A stretch of 64,000 nt of DNA from the NCBI GenBank assembly GCA_001244265.2, contig CDLV01000012.1:1-64000 (forward strand), written 5' to 3'. The DNA is from Microbotryum violaceum (lineage: Eukaryota). Positions 24,101 through 36,260 of this stretch are shown one piece after another. The position numbers and the translations under genes were made by a program. Numbering within the stretch: position 1 is the first letter of the stretch; every line of letters begins with the position of its first letter. Under the pieces are notes generated by a model. The model was not told the origin of the DNA, did no database searches, and saw only the letters and a list, made by a program, of their open reading frames with translations.

Positions 24101-27100
24101 TGCCACTGACGAGCGGGCCGCGATCGCCGCGATTCTCGCGCAACGCCGCTTTGTACCTGGTTAAGAGTGCCGAACCCAGCTGTCAGCTTCAAAACGGCAT
24201 ACGCCTAGCTACTCAGACGTCATTCACTCACGTAACCAGTGCATCCTCCATCTTGAGCCAAGTCTTTGAAAACGTTGACTCGGCGCCAGAGGCAGGGGAT
24301 ACACCTCTGACGCGTTTCCGCCATTTGATCGGGTGCAAGGTCAAAGGCGACTGCAAGCTCTTGCCGTTCACGAGCGATGCAGATGGCGACGCACGTTCCG
24401 CCGGAGTTGATTCTGCCGAGAGGTCGGGAGGCATAGCAGGAGTCGGTGATGTGGTCCGATAGCCACTCGAAGTCGGGCTCGCCGACCTCGTCGGTGCCAC
24501 CATCGTCGAGTTCGCCGACCCTGTCGGTGCCAATATCGTCGAGCTCGTCGGAATCAGATGAGCGGCCGCGCGCGTCGCTCTGACGGATTCCATTGACCGC
24601 GACGGCATCCTCGAAGATAAGGTCTGATGAACGAGCTGCGCGCGTTCGACGTGACCTGTCTCCGAGAGCGACGAGCTCGATCCGTTCGAAATGGACGGTA
24701 ACGAATCGCTCGACATGGCGGACGAGTAGCTTTGCTTGTTGTGAAGGATGGGAGGGGTTTGAATCGTCGGTCCATTCTGCGCGCGATCGAAGGGAAGAGT
24801 AAGCATCACGCTCACAGCGCAGCGAGCGCATACAACCACCTCCGCGACTCACCGACAAGGCATCCATACTCGGTCTCCTATTCCCCTCCGTCGGCCGACT
24901 CAGCACATCAAACGACGTCCGACTGGCCCCTGTCTCACCACCACCAACCTCCCCACTCTGCGCCTTCTTCTTCGCACCCGCACTGAACCTCCCCAACAAT
25001 TCCTCACTCTTCCTCGCCGCGGATAGAGACATACCCAACAAAGCCTGCGCAGGTTTCTTATCCCCGATCCCTCCGAGCAAGTTGGAGAAACTCTTCCGAC
25101 GGCCCAAAGGCTCCGAAGGGATCGCAGATTGGTTGAGACTTTGTTCCTCGCCCGGAAAAGTTGAAACATCGAATTGGCTCGCCTTCCTCTCGTGCGAAAT
25201 CGAATTCGGTTTGATGCCGCCGCCTCCGAGCACGCCGACGATCCGTTTACCGAGCGTGGAGGACGAGGTTGAACGAGAACCGGATGGGATCGGTGGAGGT
25301 AGTGGACCACTAGGATACAACGGCGGGTCGTTGTCGAGCACGGTATTGGAGCTCAAAGAAGGTCGTCGTTTCGAAGTCGTTGCCGAAATGACCTGAAAGA
25401 CCGATCCAGTCGTTGAGCTCTTCCCTTTTGGAAGAAAAGATCGACCCGATCCACTCGCCACATCCCCCTTCCCCGCTGCCGGAGGCTCACCATCGACTTG
25501 CGGTCTCGGCGAATTCGAAAACGGTGAAATCGTCGGCGTAGGTGGCAAAGACTTGTCGACCGCCGAGTCCTGAATGCCCCTGAGGGCGATCGGTCCCAAA
25601 GCAGGAGGCTGGCCGTTCGTTGACGTTGAAGGACCCGACAAAGATTTCGCAGACGTCGACGTCGATATCGAAGGTTCGGGCGTTGTCGATCGAGAGAAGT
25701 TGATGGGGCCACTGATCGAGTTCAACCTGTCCTTTGAAGGAGTGAGATTCAAGATCGATCCGAACGAGCGTCTTCGTTTCGTCTGCGGTTGTGACGGTGC
25801 GACAGCGAGCGACGCATCGCCAAAATTGACCGGCTCCTGGTGAGGCAGAATGCCGGATCCCGGCGACCTAGCTGGTGACAGCGGCGATAAAAGGGGAAGT
25901 GTTGGAACGGAAGCCGACGCGAACGGTTTAGGATCCGTCGAACCGGGAAGGATCTCGTTCGAGCTCGCCATTGCGCGTTCCATCTCCAGCTCCATCTCGA
26001 GCTTGAGATCGACCTTTGGCGGCTCCTTCCGATTGGTGTACGACGTAGTCCTTGAAGCCGAAGGTGAAGTCGAAGGTGAGGACTCGTTCGTAACGGGTCG
26101 GAAAGGCACTTGCGGCTGCAAAGTCGGGGTCGTCATGTCCTCGACTTCGGGAGAGTTGGCTTCGACGATCGGTTCCGTCGCTTTGGGTGTGATCTGCGAC
26201 TGCGATTCGGGCGCCAGTGTTGCTCGAGGTGTGACCGGCAGCCGATGATCGAAAGAAGGCTGCAAATTGCTCGGAGTCGGCGGCCCGACCCTTTCCTTCT
26301 CTTCACTCCTTTCCTTCTCGCTCCCTACGCCAAACACCCCCTCCTGCGTGGCTTTCAACAAGCTCGCAATATCAAACATCGTATCACTACCTCCGAGATC
26401 CAAATCGAGAATCAACGTCGGTGCCGGTCCTTTACCTGAATAACTCGGTCGATCGCTCGCCGAACTTTCACCCGAGTAGCGATAACCCGAATCCGACAAA
26501 GCACCGGGTGATGACCTATGATCCGATTCGAACGAAGCTCGGCTCTTGTTCAATTTGCGCGGTGGGGTGCCGAATGACATGCGAGCGAGCATGCGACTCG
26601 CGCTCGCGAAGGATCCGATCGACGAGACGCTACCCGACGCTTTGCGATGTCGACTGCTCTTGGCGGGCGAAGGGGTCGCCGCAAAGGACGAATCCAGCGT
26701 TCTGGTCGACGAGAGTGAAGTCGTCGATGCCGAGCGAACTGGGTGGTACAACATGGGAGCCATGGGTGTGATCGACGTGATTGTTGTATCGAGTCCCGAA
26801 GCCCAATCACCGTTCTCGGCCGTGCCACTCGTCGACGCGAAAGGCCTATTCGAACTCGAAGAGGTCGACGATGCAAGCCTCTGCGCCCTCATCTCCGCCG
26901 CGGTCAGCGTCAGCGCCCCCGAGACGTTCGGATCCGGCGCTCTCTGCCGCGGGCGATCGACGACGGAAGGTGGAGCCGACACCGTCCGATCCCGATCGCT
27001 ATCCGTAGACGACGAGCTCCTACGCCTCTGCCGAGCAGGCGTCCGATGTGCGCGCTCAATTTCCAAGGTCGCCGTCGAAGCCGAGCTGGAGACCGTCGCT

Positions 27101-27996
27101 ACCGAGTCGGCTTCGCCCAGGGACGAGGTCGAAGCGTTCAAAGTCGGTGAGGCAAAGGGTAAAGTCGATTGCTCCGTGGCTCCCAACCACGCCTTGACCG
27201 AGGACGGATCCGACTCGGCCCTCTGCACCGATGACGAAGAAGAAGAAGAAACATTTCTCGGCAGCGGTGGTACACTCGATCCGTGGCTGCTCGATCCCGA
27301 TCCGTGAGGCGCTTCTGGGCGTCGCCACGCACTCTCGTCGACGACACTGGCGGTGCGAACCGAACCCGACGTCGACTTTGTTTTCGGTAGGGTTTGCGGT
27401 CTCGAGGTGGTGAGTGCGACGCGCTGGGTGACGCCGAATGCGGATGGGAACGCTCTCGTTGGAGCGGCTGCTGGGACGGGCGAGGTTACAACAGGAGCGG
27501 ATCCGTTGGTCGCAGCGAGCGAGGTGGGGAGCGAGGCGGATGGTATGGACTCCCGCGGATAGGCCTGATGGCCGCGTGAGGTGCGTCCGATCTGGTTGGG
27601 TGAGGCCGAAAAGATTGATGCGGGGAGGTGAGAGGCGGTGACGAGCGGGGTCGAGTTGGCCGACGGGGTCGTCCTGAGTGGTGACCAAGTTCCGTTGGAT
27701 TCGGAAGATTGAGAGCTGTGTTGATAGTGACGTGGGCGCTGGGGTAGATGCTGCTGCTGTTGCTGCTGTTGCTGCTGTATCGGCGAAGGACGTGACCAGC
27801 TCGGCGCGACAAAGGAAAGCGCATCGTTCCTCATCAACGGTGAGCTCGACTTGCGGAACGAGGCCGTCGTAGATCTTGCGGAATCACGAAGAGAGCCTGT
27901 CGAGCCTGTTACGGTGGCACTGTCATCCGAGTACGAGGTAGATGAGGTGGGGATCGAGTGGGTCGACCATCCGGATCCGGCGCGATGATGTGACAT
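21157..27996 (-). CDS. Large protein with a Ser/Pro-rich disordered N-terminus and a DUF1765 (UPF0592-like) C-terminal region, multi-exon
   Basis: A 1260-codon ORF followed by co-oriented exons with GRILALSFFRIEGVA, FDIPFIFSF and LYLHWNAGVRGYFIRLLVWRLAR, which resemble DUF1765. First ATG at 27996. Confidence 0.8.
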
Positions 27997-28295
27997 GGCC
28001 ACCTAGTCAGAGCTACGGGGTGGTGGCAGGCAAAAGTGAGAGGTCAGTCAGGAACTGTCTGGATAACCGAATGCGAGCGCGATGGCGGTCCGCAAAGGTC
28101 GACGGGCGCTGATGCGGGCGATGAGGAACGAGCGGTGCTGTTGAGCGGTACAAGATCCAACCAAGCGACACGCCCGCATCCTACTGGCCAGGCACGGCAT
28201 TTCGTGCGAGGTCAACTAGATGGTCGCACGGGACCGAATCCTGTACCGCTAACCCATGGAACCCATGGCCGTCGTCTCTGTACAATTTCGTTTCG

Positions 28296-28368
28296 GCTCT
28301 GGCTTCGGCTCGGCTTCGGCCTCGGGCGTCGGCTTCGGCAACTGGCGACTGGCGACTGGCGACTGGCA
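28296..28368. repeat. Short tandem repeats (GGCTTC/GGCTC)n and (ACTGGCG)n
   Basis: GGCTTCGGCTCGGCTTCGGC and ACTGGCGACTGGCGACTGGCGACTGGC. Confidence 0.7.
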
Positions 28369-29784
28369 ACTCGGCTCGCAGTACACGTAATAGGCCAACT
28401 GCCTACCGCCGCACCGCACACGATCTCAGCCTCGTCCACAGGAATCGAGTCGCAATGCTGCACCGCTGCCAGCCCATGATTGAAGCGCGCGGGATGCGAT
28501 CAATATCGAGACGAATTTGGCGTAGACGTGGACCTCGAGCAGGCAGGCAGGCACAGGCAGGCGGCCCACGAGGCGCTCAAGCAACTCAGCCTTCATTCAC
28601 TCACCCAGTAGTTCACAGCACCCCGCGCACGACCACACACACACACACAAGCACACACCCGAGATCTTTCGGATGAGATCAAAGTCGATCCAATCCACCA
28701 CACACCAGACCAGACACGGAGACGAGACGAAACGAAGGGCGAGACGGGGGCGATCGCACACACTGCCAATGAGAGAGGCTGAGCGTCGTGCACGTCTCGC
28801 GTGTCAAGCTCCCAAGTCGGCCGGCCTGTTAGCGGCCTGTTTGTAACTGACTAATAGTTGTGACACACTGTTGCGACTCTGCGCTACTCTTGCGCCCCTC
28901 AGTCTCACTTCTCGCGCGCGCGCCCTCTCTCAATCAGCGCCCGTAGCGGGAGAATGAAATTCAAGGATATTCGAACATGTCTACAGGATTTCAGCGCAGA
29001 GGTTAACAAAACATCATACAAAGTACAGCAAAGAAACAAAAATCCATTCATTCTCAACAGTGTGCTGGTACATTCACCACTGGCGGGCCTCCGGGCCGCA
29101 GCATAGCTAAAAACACCGATTTTAGGTACATTTCTTAACTCAGCATCATTTCTGGTAGAATCAAACCAACTGCTCCGAGGTATGGTGGTGTTCGATCGAA
29201 CAAGACCGATCGAATGAATCCCTCTTCAAGATGCTATATCAAGATCGCATCTTTGGACATGCCACCGGCGCCGTCGCCGGACCTGCACGAGTCGACCTGT
29301 ACAAGAAGCTTGCGGCCTCCAATGAAACTGTCAGAGGACAAAAAAAACCTGCTGGTGAGCGGCTCATCAAGACTGTTCCCGAAGTTGTCCCACTGCACTG
29401 CTTCCACTGACCCTCATGTGTGATCGGTACTAGGACCCTTCACAAATTCGGTCTTCGTCAAAATCGACAGAAGTCGCATTACGAAATCCATTTGCAGCTT
29501 GTCTGCATCATGGCCCAACTCGAATGATCGAACCTTCAAATTCACACACGAGTCCGGACGGGTCATCAGGTGACTTGTACGACGTGACGTCCAGACTGTC
29601 GTCCTATGACGGAGGGAGAAGGGTGGTCAGCGTTTTTTTTTTTTTTTTGATAGACTTCATTAACAGCATAATTATATTAATACCTAGAAATCTTCGGAAA
29701 AGTCGGAGGGAATGCTGTTACGCACACTGGCAGAAGCCAGTAGTGTAGGACTCATTGACCCTGAACCAGGATCAACCATACCCA

Positions 29785-32714
29785 CTAAAACCCCCTTTGG
29801 TGTCTTACAGAGACTAGGCGACCCTTGGACTCCTGGATAGAGGCTCGAAGCCCCTCGAACTCCGTTTCGGTGATCGGTTCCAAAAGATCCGACGAGAATC
29901 GACGACGGCGACAGAGCTTCCAGATCGAGTGAAAGAAGAGGACTCGTAGTTCGACAAGTCGACGTTCCGAGCGAGACACGACCGGGCATACAAAGTCCAC
30001 AAAGACTGGGTGGGGGGTCGGGGACAGAGCAGACCAGAGGCGCCGGGCAAATGGGCAGCCGACCGCGAGGTGAGCCAGGCACTCGGGTGCTTCCGAGAGG
30101 CACATCACACAGAAGGTAGATCGATTGTTGGGATGTGGGCTGGTTGGGGAGGCGACTTGGCTTCCCGGATGGAGGGACCCCAGGGAGAGAAGGTGGCCGG
30201 TATCCTCGGCGTCCGAGTGAACCCGACGAACCTTGCGCAAAGCCTTCCACCAAGCGTTCCAGCGTTGCTCAGGCAGATCGAATACCTTCTGGTGTCCCTT
30301 GGGGAAGATAGGGGGAAAGATGAAGACTTGGTGGCGTTTGGACGCGTTCACAAACGAAGACGGGGTCATCACCTCGCCATCGGGCCCTCGAAAAAGCGTC
30401 GGGTTTACCGAGAGTTGTATTCCGTGGCCCGCTGGGAAATAGAGTACGTGCGTCGCCCATTGCTCGAGGTTCTGGCTCTTGGAGAGTTCCGGGGGATTGA
30501 GCGTGGTCACCAACGCCCAGGCTTCGAAGTATCGGACCCAACGAGCAGGAAGAAGTTTTGTCGTTTTTCTCACCGCATGGTCCCACTTTGGGGGAGGATG
30601 GCAAAAGTAAGCCCACCAGATCCAAATCCAAGGGCAACGATGCTGGTTGGGGGCCGGTCTGGACAAGGTGAAAGGGGTTGGTTCGTTTGGTGCCTGGAGG
30701 CGGATGCGGATGTCGAAGAGGTGGCGTGTGAAGCAGCCGTCCGGGGCCCGGAGCTGGAAGACCCACTTCGCGTGATCGATTGCTAGACGCCGAGGCAGAT
30801 CAATCAAACCGAAGCCGCCGTGATCAAGAGGGGTGCAGAGGCGCGACCGGGAGACCTTCGGACGTCGCTGAGTACCATCCGAAGCTCGACCGTGAATGGC
30901 GAGCATGGCGGCCTCCTCGATCTCCTTGACAACGCTCTTGGGGGCGGGAAGGAATCGGCTGTAGTACAAGATCTTTGTGTAGCAGTAGATGTTGATGATC
31001 GAACACTTGGCTGTATATGGGAGATCGTACATCGGAACTGAGCGTATCCGAGCGATGGTCGAGGCCTTGACATCTTCCCAGCCCGCATCCTCGGCGATCT
31101 CCACCCCGACCTGAATACCAAGGTAGCGAAACTGCGAATCGCTGAGACGCCAGGTCCCGAGATCTGGGGCGATCGACCGATCCCGAAAAGCTCCAAGAGG
31201 GTAGAGGAAAGATTTGACGTTGCTGAGCTTGCTGGCACTTGCCCGTTCGTAAAGCTCAATCGCCCGATTGAGGTGGTCGAGGTCCGAGAGGTTGTGGAGT
31301 GCGCAGCAAGCGTCGTCGGCAAAAAGGAGTTCGCGAGCGTTTTGGAGGCCCGCAATATCGATGCCCTTGACTCTCAATCGAATCTGACAGGCAAAACCTT
31401 CGATCGCCAGGACAAAGAGAGACGGAGCCAAAGGATCACCTTGCCGAACGCCCGACAGGATGTCGAAAGTGGCAGAGAGCCAACCGTTGAGGAAGATCGA
31501 GGCAGATTGGTTGGTGTAGGTCGCTCGGTACCATTGGCGGGCTTTGGGGCCGAGGCCAACTGCGCAGAGAAACGCCTCTTGAGCCTTTGTCATCTCCTCC
31601 AAAGGGTACGCTTCCTCGAGCTTGAGTGAGTCCGCGGGGGAGAGGCGAGTTGAAGCGAGGCCGTCGATGATCGCCTTCAGGGCCGCGTCATCGATGGGGC
31701 GGTCCTCATAGACCCGCCACGACGGAACCGAGCGAACGTCCGGGCCAGAGCCTGCAGCTCGGGCAGCAGGCGGTGTTTGGTGGACGTCCAAGCTGCTGGT
31801 GGATCGTTGGGCGTCTGGAGGAGGGCTTTGTTGTAAAGGGTGCGGACAATGGAGGTGAGGTACTCGCAGGTCGCGTCGCCCTCAATCACGTGCAAACCCA
31901 GCTTGAATTTGCCCGGACCGATGTCGATTGCGCCCGGCACTTGGAACCGTGCCACAACCATTGAGTGCGTCGATTTGAGGACAGGAGCCCAAATTTTGTG
32001 ATCATGGAAGAGGTCGACCCAATCAAGGGAGACATAGATGCGGTCAAGGCGACGGCACGTGCCGGGCGCTGAGCGATTCGTCGTGGCTCGTCCTTTGGGA
32101 TGATGGAGCCGATAGGCGTCGAAAAGATTGTTGGCCGTGGCAAGGTCGCGCATCTCCTGACCCCCATAATTCGTTCCGTTTTGGTTCTCCGAATCGAGGG
32201 GCTGGGACTCAACACAATTCCAGTCCCCCCCGACTAGGAGCGCAGGCGGCGAGGGTTCGTCACGTACAACTTGTCGGAGGGCGGTGCTGAGGTGTGAGAA
32301 GAAGCGTTTTTTGTCTGGCTTGTCGGAGGAAGGCGCGTATATTGATACAACCCGGACTTTTGAACCACCCACACAAAAGGTGGCGTCGGTGACTCGGTCC
32401 GGGAAAGAGAAAGAGGCACGAAGAGTGTTTGGAGGCGACTCGGGATCAAAAGTAATGACCACGGAGTCGCTCTTCCAAAGTATGGCAGTGTTGTTGAAAG
32501 GAGTGAAAAGAGCGGAGAGCTTTAAGTCTTGGCACTCCTGAGTCCACTGGGCCACCCTTTCGGGGGAAGGTCGGCCAGTTTCGCTCAGGAGAAAGACGTC
32601 GGCGTTATGGGAGCGAAGATTGGAGAAAAGAGAGGCACGCTTACGGTCTTCATTGATTGACTGCACGTTGGCAGCAACAAAAGACACGTTTGGGATTTTG
32701 GTTGTGCTCATCAT
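29785..32714 (-). pseudogene. LINE ORF2 (AP endonuclease + truncated reverse transcriptase + zinc finger), disrupted
   Basis: APE motifs NVQS, LSET, SIYAP, GGDWN and RRLDRIY. RT motifs GVRQGDPLAPSLF, LFADD and FRYLG. C-terminal CVMC...HLAVGC. The frame breaks near 31710 and the N-terminal RT motifs are absent. Confidence 0.88.
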
Positions 32715-34134
32715 CTTGGTCCATAGCGTCTTCCACGTCCTTAGGAGGTGCTTCTTGGTCTTCGGCTTCTTCGTCGGCCTCGTCGTCGGTGTCGGCGTCA
32801 TCGGGTCGGGCTTTGGGCGCGGCTGAGGGCAACGGCGTGGGCGAAGACAGCTCAGGGATCGGCTCGGAGGCTTCGAGGGCAGGCGCAGTGGGAGGGGCTT
32901 CACGAGTGGCTGGCTTGGAGAGGGCGGCAATTGACTTGGATCGAGTTATGATCGACTTTGGCGTGGCCGGAGGAGGGCTTGGGGATGGAGAGGTGGTCTC
33001 TGAGCTGGGGGGCTCGGAGGATTTTTCAACGAGGGAGTAGGCAATTCCCTGATTGGAGGCAGGCTGGGGGGCAGGAGGAGTGGCAGTTTTGCAAGGGAAA
33101 TTGAAGGAGAACTCAGGGCGGGCATTCTTCGACAGAGAATCGGGCTGAGCTCTGTTGGACAGATCTTCAGTCTGGGCAGCCAGATCCTGTTCCACTCGAC
33201 GTTTTTTGGTCGTGCGGTCGTGGGCGGAGGCCGGGGAGATCGACTTGGACACGGCGGCGGGGGCGGCGGTGGTAACGGTGGAGGCTTGCGGGGCACGTGA
33301 CGTGGGGGGTCCCTGGGGGCTCGACGCATGACGGGCCGGGCAGTGCTGGGTGGCGTGCGAGGTGCTCGCGCAGGACTTGCACGCCGGGGCGACGGGGCAA
33401 TCCTTACGGACGTGAGCCGCGGAACGGCAGAAGACGCAGTGGCGCATGCCACCGGTGATCCTCAGTGGGATTCGCTCAGTGACACCGTCACGAGCAATAG
33501 AAAGTGAGGCAGGGGGCAAAACATCTACATCCTTAAGGGCAAGGATAAAGTCGTACACCCCAGAGATGTGTTTCGTCTTTCCAATGTATTGGATGCGACG
33601 ACGGAGGACCGTGCCATAGGCAGCGATCTGCTCATCGAATAGGCAGAGGCCCTCGGGGTCGGAGAAAAAGCCCGTAAGGGTGCATTGTACAACACCTCCT
33701 CTAGTAGAGCTGTACAGCTTCTCGAGTTTGCACAGAGTCTTGCCAACAGTGAGGCCGTTGGCCACCAGGGTGTCGAGATCGGCGGCCTTGGGAAAGCGGA
33801 GGCTGCGCTGACCCTTGATGACGCATGGCATTGCGCCGGTAAGGCCAGGGTAGCATTTGTGAAGCGCGAGGAGGACTTGCTCGACCGAGGTTGAGGGTGG
33901 GGTGTTGATGATGACACAATTCTCGATGTTGTGGATCAGTGGATGGGCGGCGACGGCAGTCGAGGCGTTGGCGGTGGCGTTTCCGTGCTTCGTAGCGGAG
34001 CGGGCGCCGACCGCGGCGGAGTATGATTTGGTGGTGGTGGCGGGGGCTTGGCCGGGAGGATCGGGAGGGTCAGGGCGAAGAGGTGGTATAGCAGCATGGC
34101 TGGCGTTGTTGGTGTTGTTGTTGTTGTTGTCCAT
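32650..34134 (-). CDS. LINE ORF1 (gag-like nucleic-acid-binding protein)
   Basis: CVFCRSAAHVRKDC and CKSCASTSHATQHC (CX2CX4HX4C), with a Pro/Ser-rich then acidic tail. The ORF is open, but the ATG at 34134 is uncertain by one codon. Confidence 0.88.
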   Translation of the reverse strand: MDNNNNNTNNASHAAIPPLRPDPPDPPGQAPATTTKSYSAAVGARSATKHGNATANASTAVAAHPLIHNIENCVIINTPPSTSVEQVLLALHKCYPGLTGAMPCVIKGQRSLRFPKAADLDTLVANGLTVGKTLCKLEKLYSSTRGGVVQCTLTGFFSDPEGLCLFDEQIAAYGTVLRRRIQYIGKTKHISGVYDFILALKDVDVLPPASLSIARDGVTERIPLRITGGMRHCVFCRSAAHVRKDCPVAPACKSCASTSHATQHCPARHASSPQGPPTSRAPQASTVTTAAPAAVSKSISPASAHDRTTKKRRVEQDLAAQTEDLSNRAQPDSLSKNARPEFSFNFPCKTATPPAPQPASNQGIAYSLVEKSSEPPSSETTSPSPSPPPATPKSIITRSKSIAALSKPATREAPPTAPALEASEPIPELSSPTPLPSAAPKARPDDADTDDEADEEAEDQEAPPKDVEDAMDQDDEHNQNPKRVFCCCQRAVNQ

Positions 34135-34774
34135 CCAACAAGAGTTTCCTTTTTCAAGTCGGCGACGACGCTTCGAGGAGAATAGTGGCCTGTAACCGTT
34201 AGAACCCTTATTGAAAAAAATTAAGTCACCCCGAAGAGGGGGAGAGGGAAAGGAGAAAGATTTGGACTAAGAGCGTTGGCGTGCATCAACATAAAGCAGA
34301 TCATTCCATAACGCGCATTCAGTATGCTTACAATAAGTCTAAAACCGCTTTGACACTCGTGGTTGAATTTGAACGTTCGATCGTTCCAGTTGGGCCATGA
34401 TGCAGACAAGCTGCAAAAGGATATCGTAATGCGACTTTTGTCGATTTTGACGAAGACCGAATTTGTGAAGGGCCCTAGTACCGATCACACATGAAGGTCA
34501 GTGGAAGCAGTGGGACAAGTTCGGGAATAGTCCTGATGAGCCGCGAGACAGCAGTTTTTTGTTTTGTCCTCTGAGAGTTTCATCAGTTGAAAGCCGCAAG
34601 CTTCTTGTACAGGTCCGACTGCGCCGGTGGCATGTTCAAAGATGCGATCTTGATATAATATCTTGAAGAGGGATCCGTTCGATCGGTCTTGTTCGATCGA
34701 AACGCCACCATACCTCGGAGTAGCTGGTTTGATTCTACCAGGGACTGGCTCCGACTCAACTCAACCATGACTCT

Positions 34775-34866
34775 TTTCGAGCAAAGTTCTTTCAGTTCTG
34801 TGGCACAACTCGTCGTTGCTTTCAACGACGAGTTGTGCCACAGAACTGAAAGAACTTTGCTCGAAA
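34775..34866. repeat. Perfect 44-bp-arm hairpin with a 4-nt loop
   Basis: TTTCGAGCAAAGTTCTTTCAGTTCTGTGGCACAACTCGTCGTTG-CTTT-CAACGACGAGTTGTGCCACAGAACTGAAAGAACTTTGCTCGAAA. Confidence 0.97.
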
Positions 34867-35358
34867 GGAGGTCGAAAAGCGCTTGAGCGTACGTCAAGCC
34901 CTGGCCATGACGTCTTTGAAGATCCCAGCCAGATCAGGGTCGACCCATTCCATCAAGTCGTCGAATGCGAACGATTCACGGCTTCAACGTGGTACCTCGT
35001 CATACGCGCCGTCGAGAAGCATCCTGTTGATGGGCAAGAACGAGCGGCGAGTCAGCCCGGGAAGATCAGTAAGAAATATCAGGGAGGATGCGGTGTAGGA
35101 CTTACAAGACCATATGCGGAGCGGCCCGAAAGCCAAAAGGCGAAAGACGTCCGCAAAAAAAGTTGCCGACGTCATGGGCCGCCCATTTTTCCTCGGGCAA
35201 CTGGTTGTTGAACACATAGTAGAAATTGTTGCTTGGCACCGCCGCGTGCGAACGGGAGGCGACGGCGCTTCAACTTCATCACGATGTTGCGACGTGCAAG
35301 ATGCCGCAGTCGAAGTTTGCGTTCGATCAGCCACTGGATGTAGCAGTCGAGGTGATTT

Positions 35359-35403
35359 TCATCATCGTCATTGTCATCGTCACCGTCATCGTCATCGTCA
35401 TCG
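35359..35403. repeat. (CATCGT)n microsatellite (poly-Asp on the minus strand)
   Basis: TCATCATCGTCATTGTCATCGTCACCGTCATCGTCATCGTCATCG. Confidence 0.75.
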
Positions 35404-35796
35404 GACTTTGTGAACATTAAATAAGGTCGATGTGTCAGTATGGAATAGGCTGGCACCCCTTGAGTGAGGCTGCATCGTCACAGCTGACGCACCGGTATCA
35501 TCTTTCAGTTTCGCAAAGGAGTAACCGTCGCTCAAATCTAGGTCGGGATTGACAAGGTCTGAGAATAAATGATGATGGTCAGATCTTCAAGACGAACAAC
35601 CGCAACAAGTGATTTCTTAGGTCTTACCCAAACCCATCACACCGTGAAGTTTGGTCCCGGGCGTTCCAAACACGATACCGCTTAGCGCAGACAGAGTCGG
35701 GTGGAGCGCATCCGAGTGAGGGAAAGAAAGGCAATCTTCGAAGTCGCCGAGTCACCGAGCACCTTGTTAAAAGCACAAGAATGGCATCTTGCCTCG

Positions 35797-35961
35797 GTAG
35801 AGTATATCATACTTTGTGCTTGTGCAGACAAAGTGGTCAAATCGCTGAGAGCTTATGGCCAGGTTGAAACCGGCACGTTCGAGGTGTGCGCCAGTCCTGT
35901 CCTGGACTCTCAGCGATTTGACCACTTTGTCTGCGCAAGCAAAAAGTCTGATATACTCTAC
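35797..35961. repeat. Inverted repeat, ~55-bp arms and ~55-bp loop (MITE- or hairpin-like)
   Basis: GTAGAGTATATCA...GCAGACAAAGTGGTCAAATCGCTGAGAG pairs with CTCTCAGCGATTTGACCACTTTGTCTGC...TGATATACTCTAC. Confidence 0.92.
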
Positions 35962-36260
35962 AGACTGGCGCATTCGTGAGGGTTGGACGATGGGTGGAGC
36001 CATGAGATTGCCGACGTACTCCGAATGCGAGTAACGCAACAATCAATTTGGTAACGACCACCATAAACTCCTCCTCGGTGCGTCAGTGCTTGGGTAAATC
36101 GTTCGGCGCCTCCGGTCCGCACTGATATTGCGTCTCGATCTCGCTCCACTGCAGCCTTCAAGTTGCGAGTGGAAGACGGCGAGAGCATTGTGGTGCTAGA
36201 CGTTGTCGGACTGAGGTGATACGGTCACGGAAGATCAGTTAACAGCTTCTTCGAGCTGGC

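Larger units (their letters stand above)
29633..34271 (-). mobile_element. Non-LTR retrotransposon (L1/Tx1-like LINE), internally deleted
   Basis: Poly(A) tail seen as T16 at 29633-29648. ORF1 has two zinc knuckles, followed by an APE endonuclease, a partial RT and a C-terminal CCHC. The 5' boundary is approximate, with a weak candidate TSD AGCG(TT). Confidence 0.93.
29152..34741. repeat. Diverged ~400-bp inverted repeat (29152-29553 / 34354-34741) bracketing the LINE
   Basis: CTGGTAGAATCAAACCA...GCAGCTTGTCTGCATCATGGCCCAACT pairs with AGTTGGGCCATGATGCAGACAAGCTGC...TGGTTTGATTCTACCAG, with scattered substitutions and small indels. Confidence 0.92.

Noticed and set aside
34354..35456. Possible PIF/Harbinger transposase relic (minus strand)
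   Set aside because: Resemblance is faint (SRESF...) with no DDE motifs. It is probably decayed coding DNA of unassignable family.
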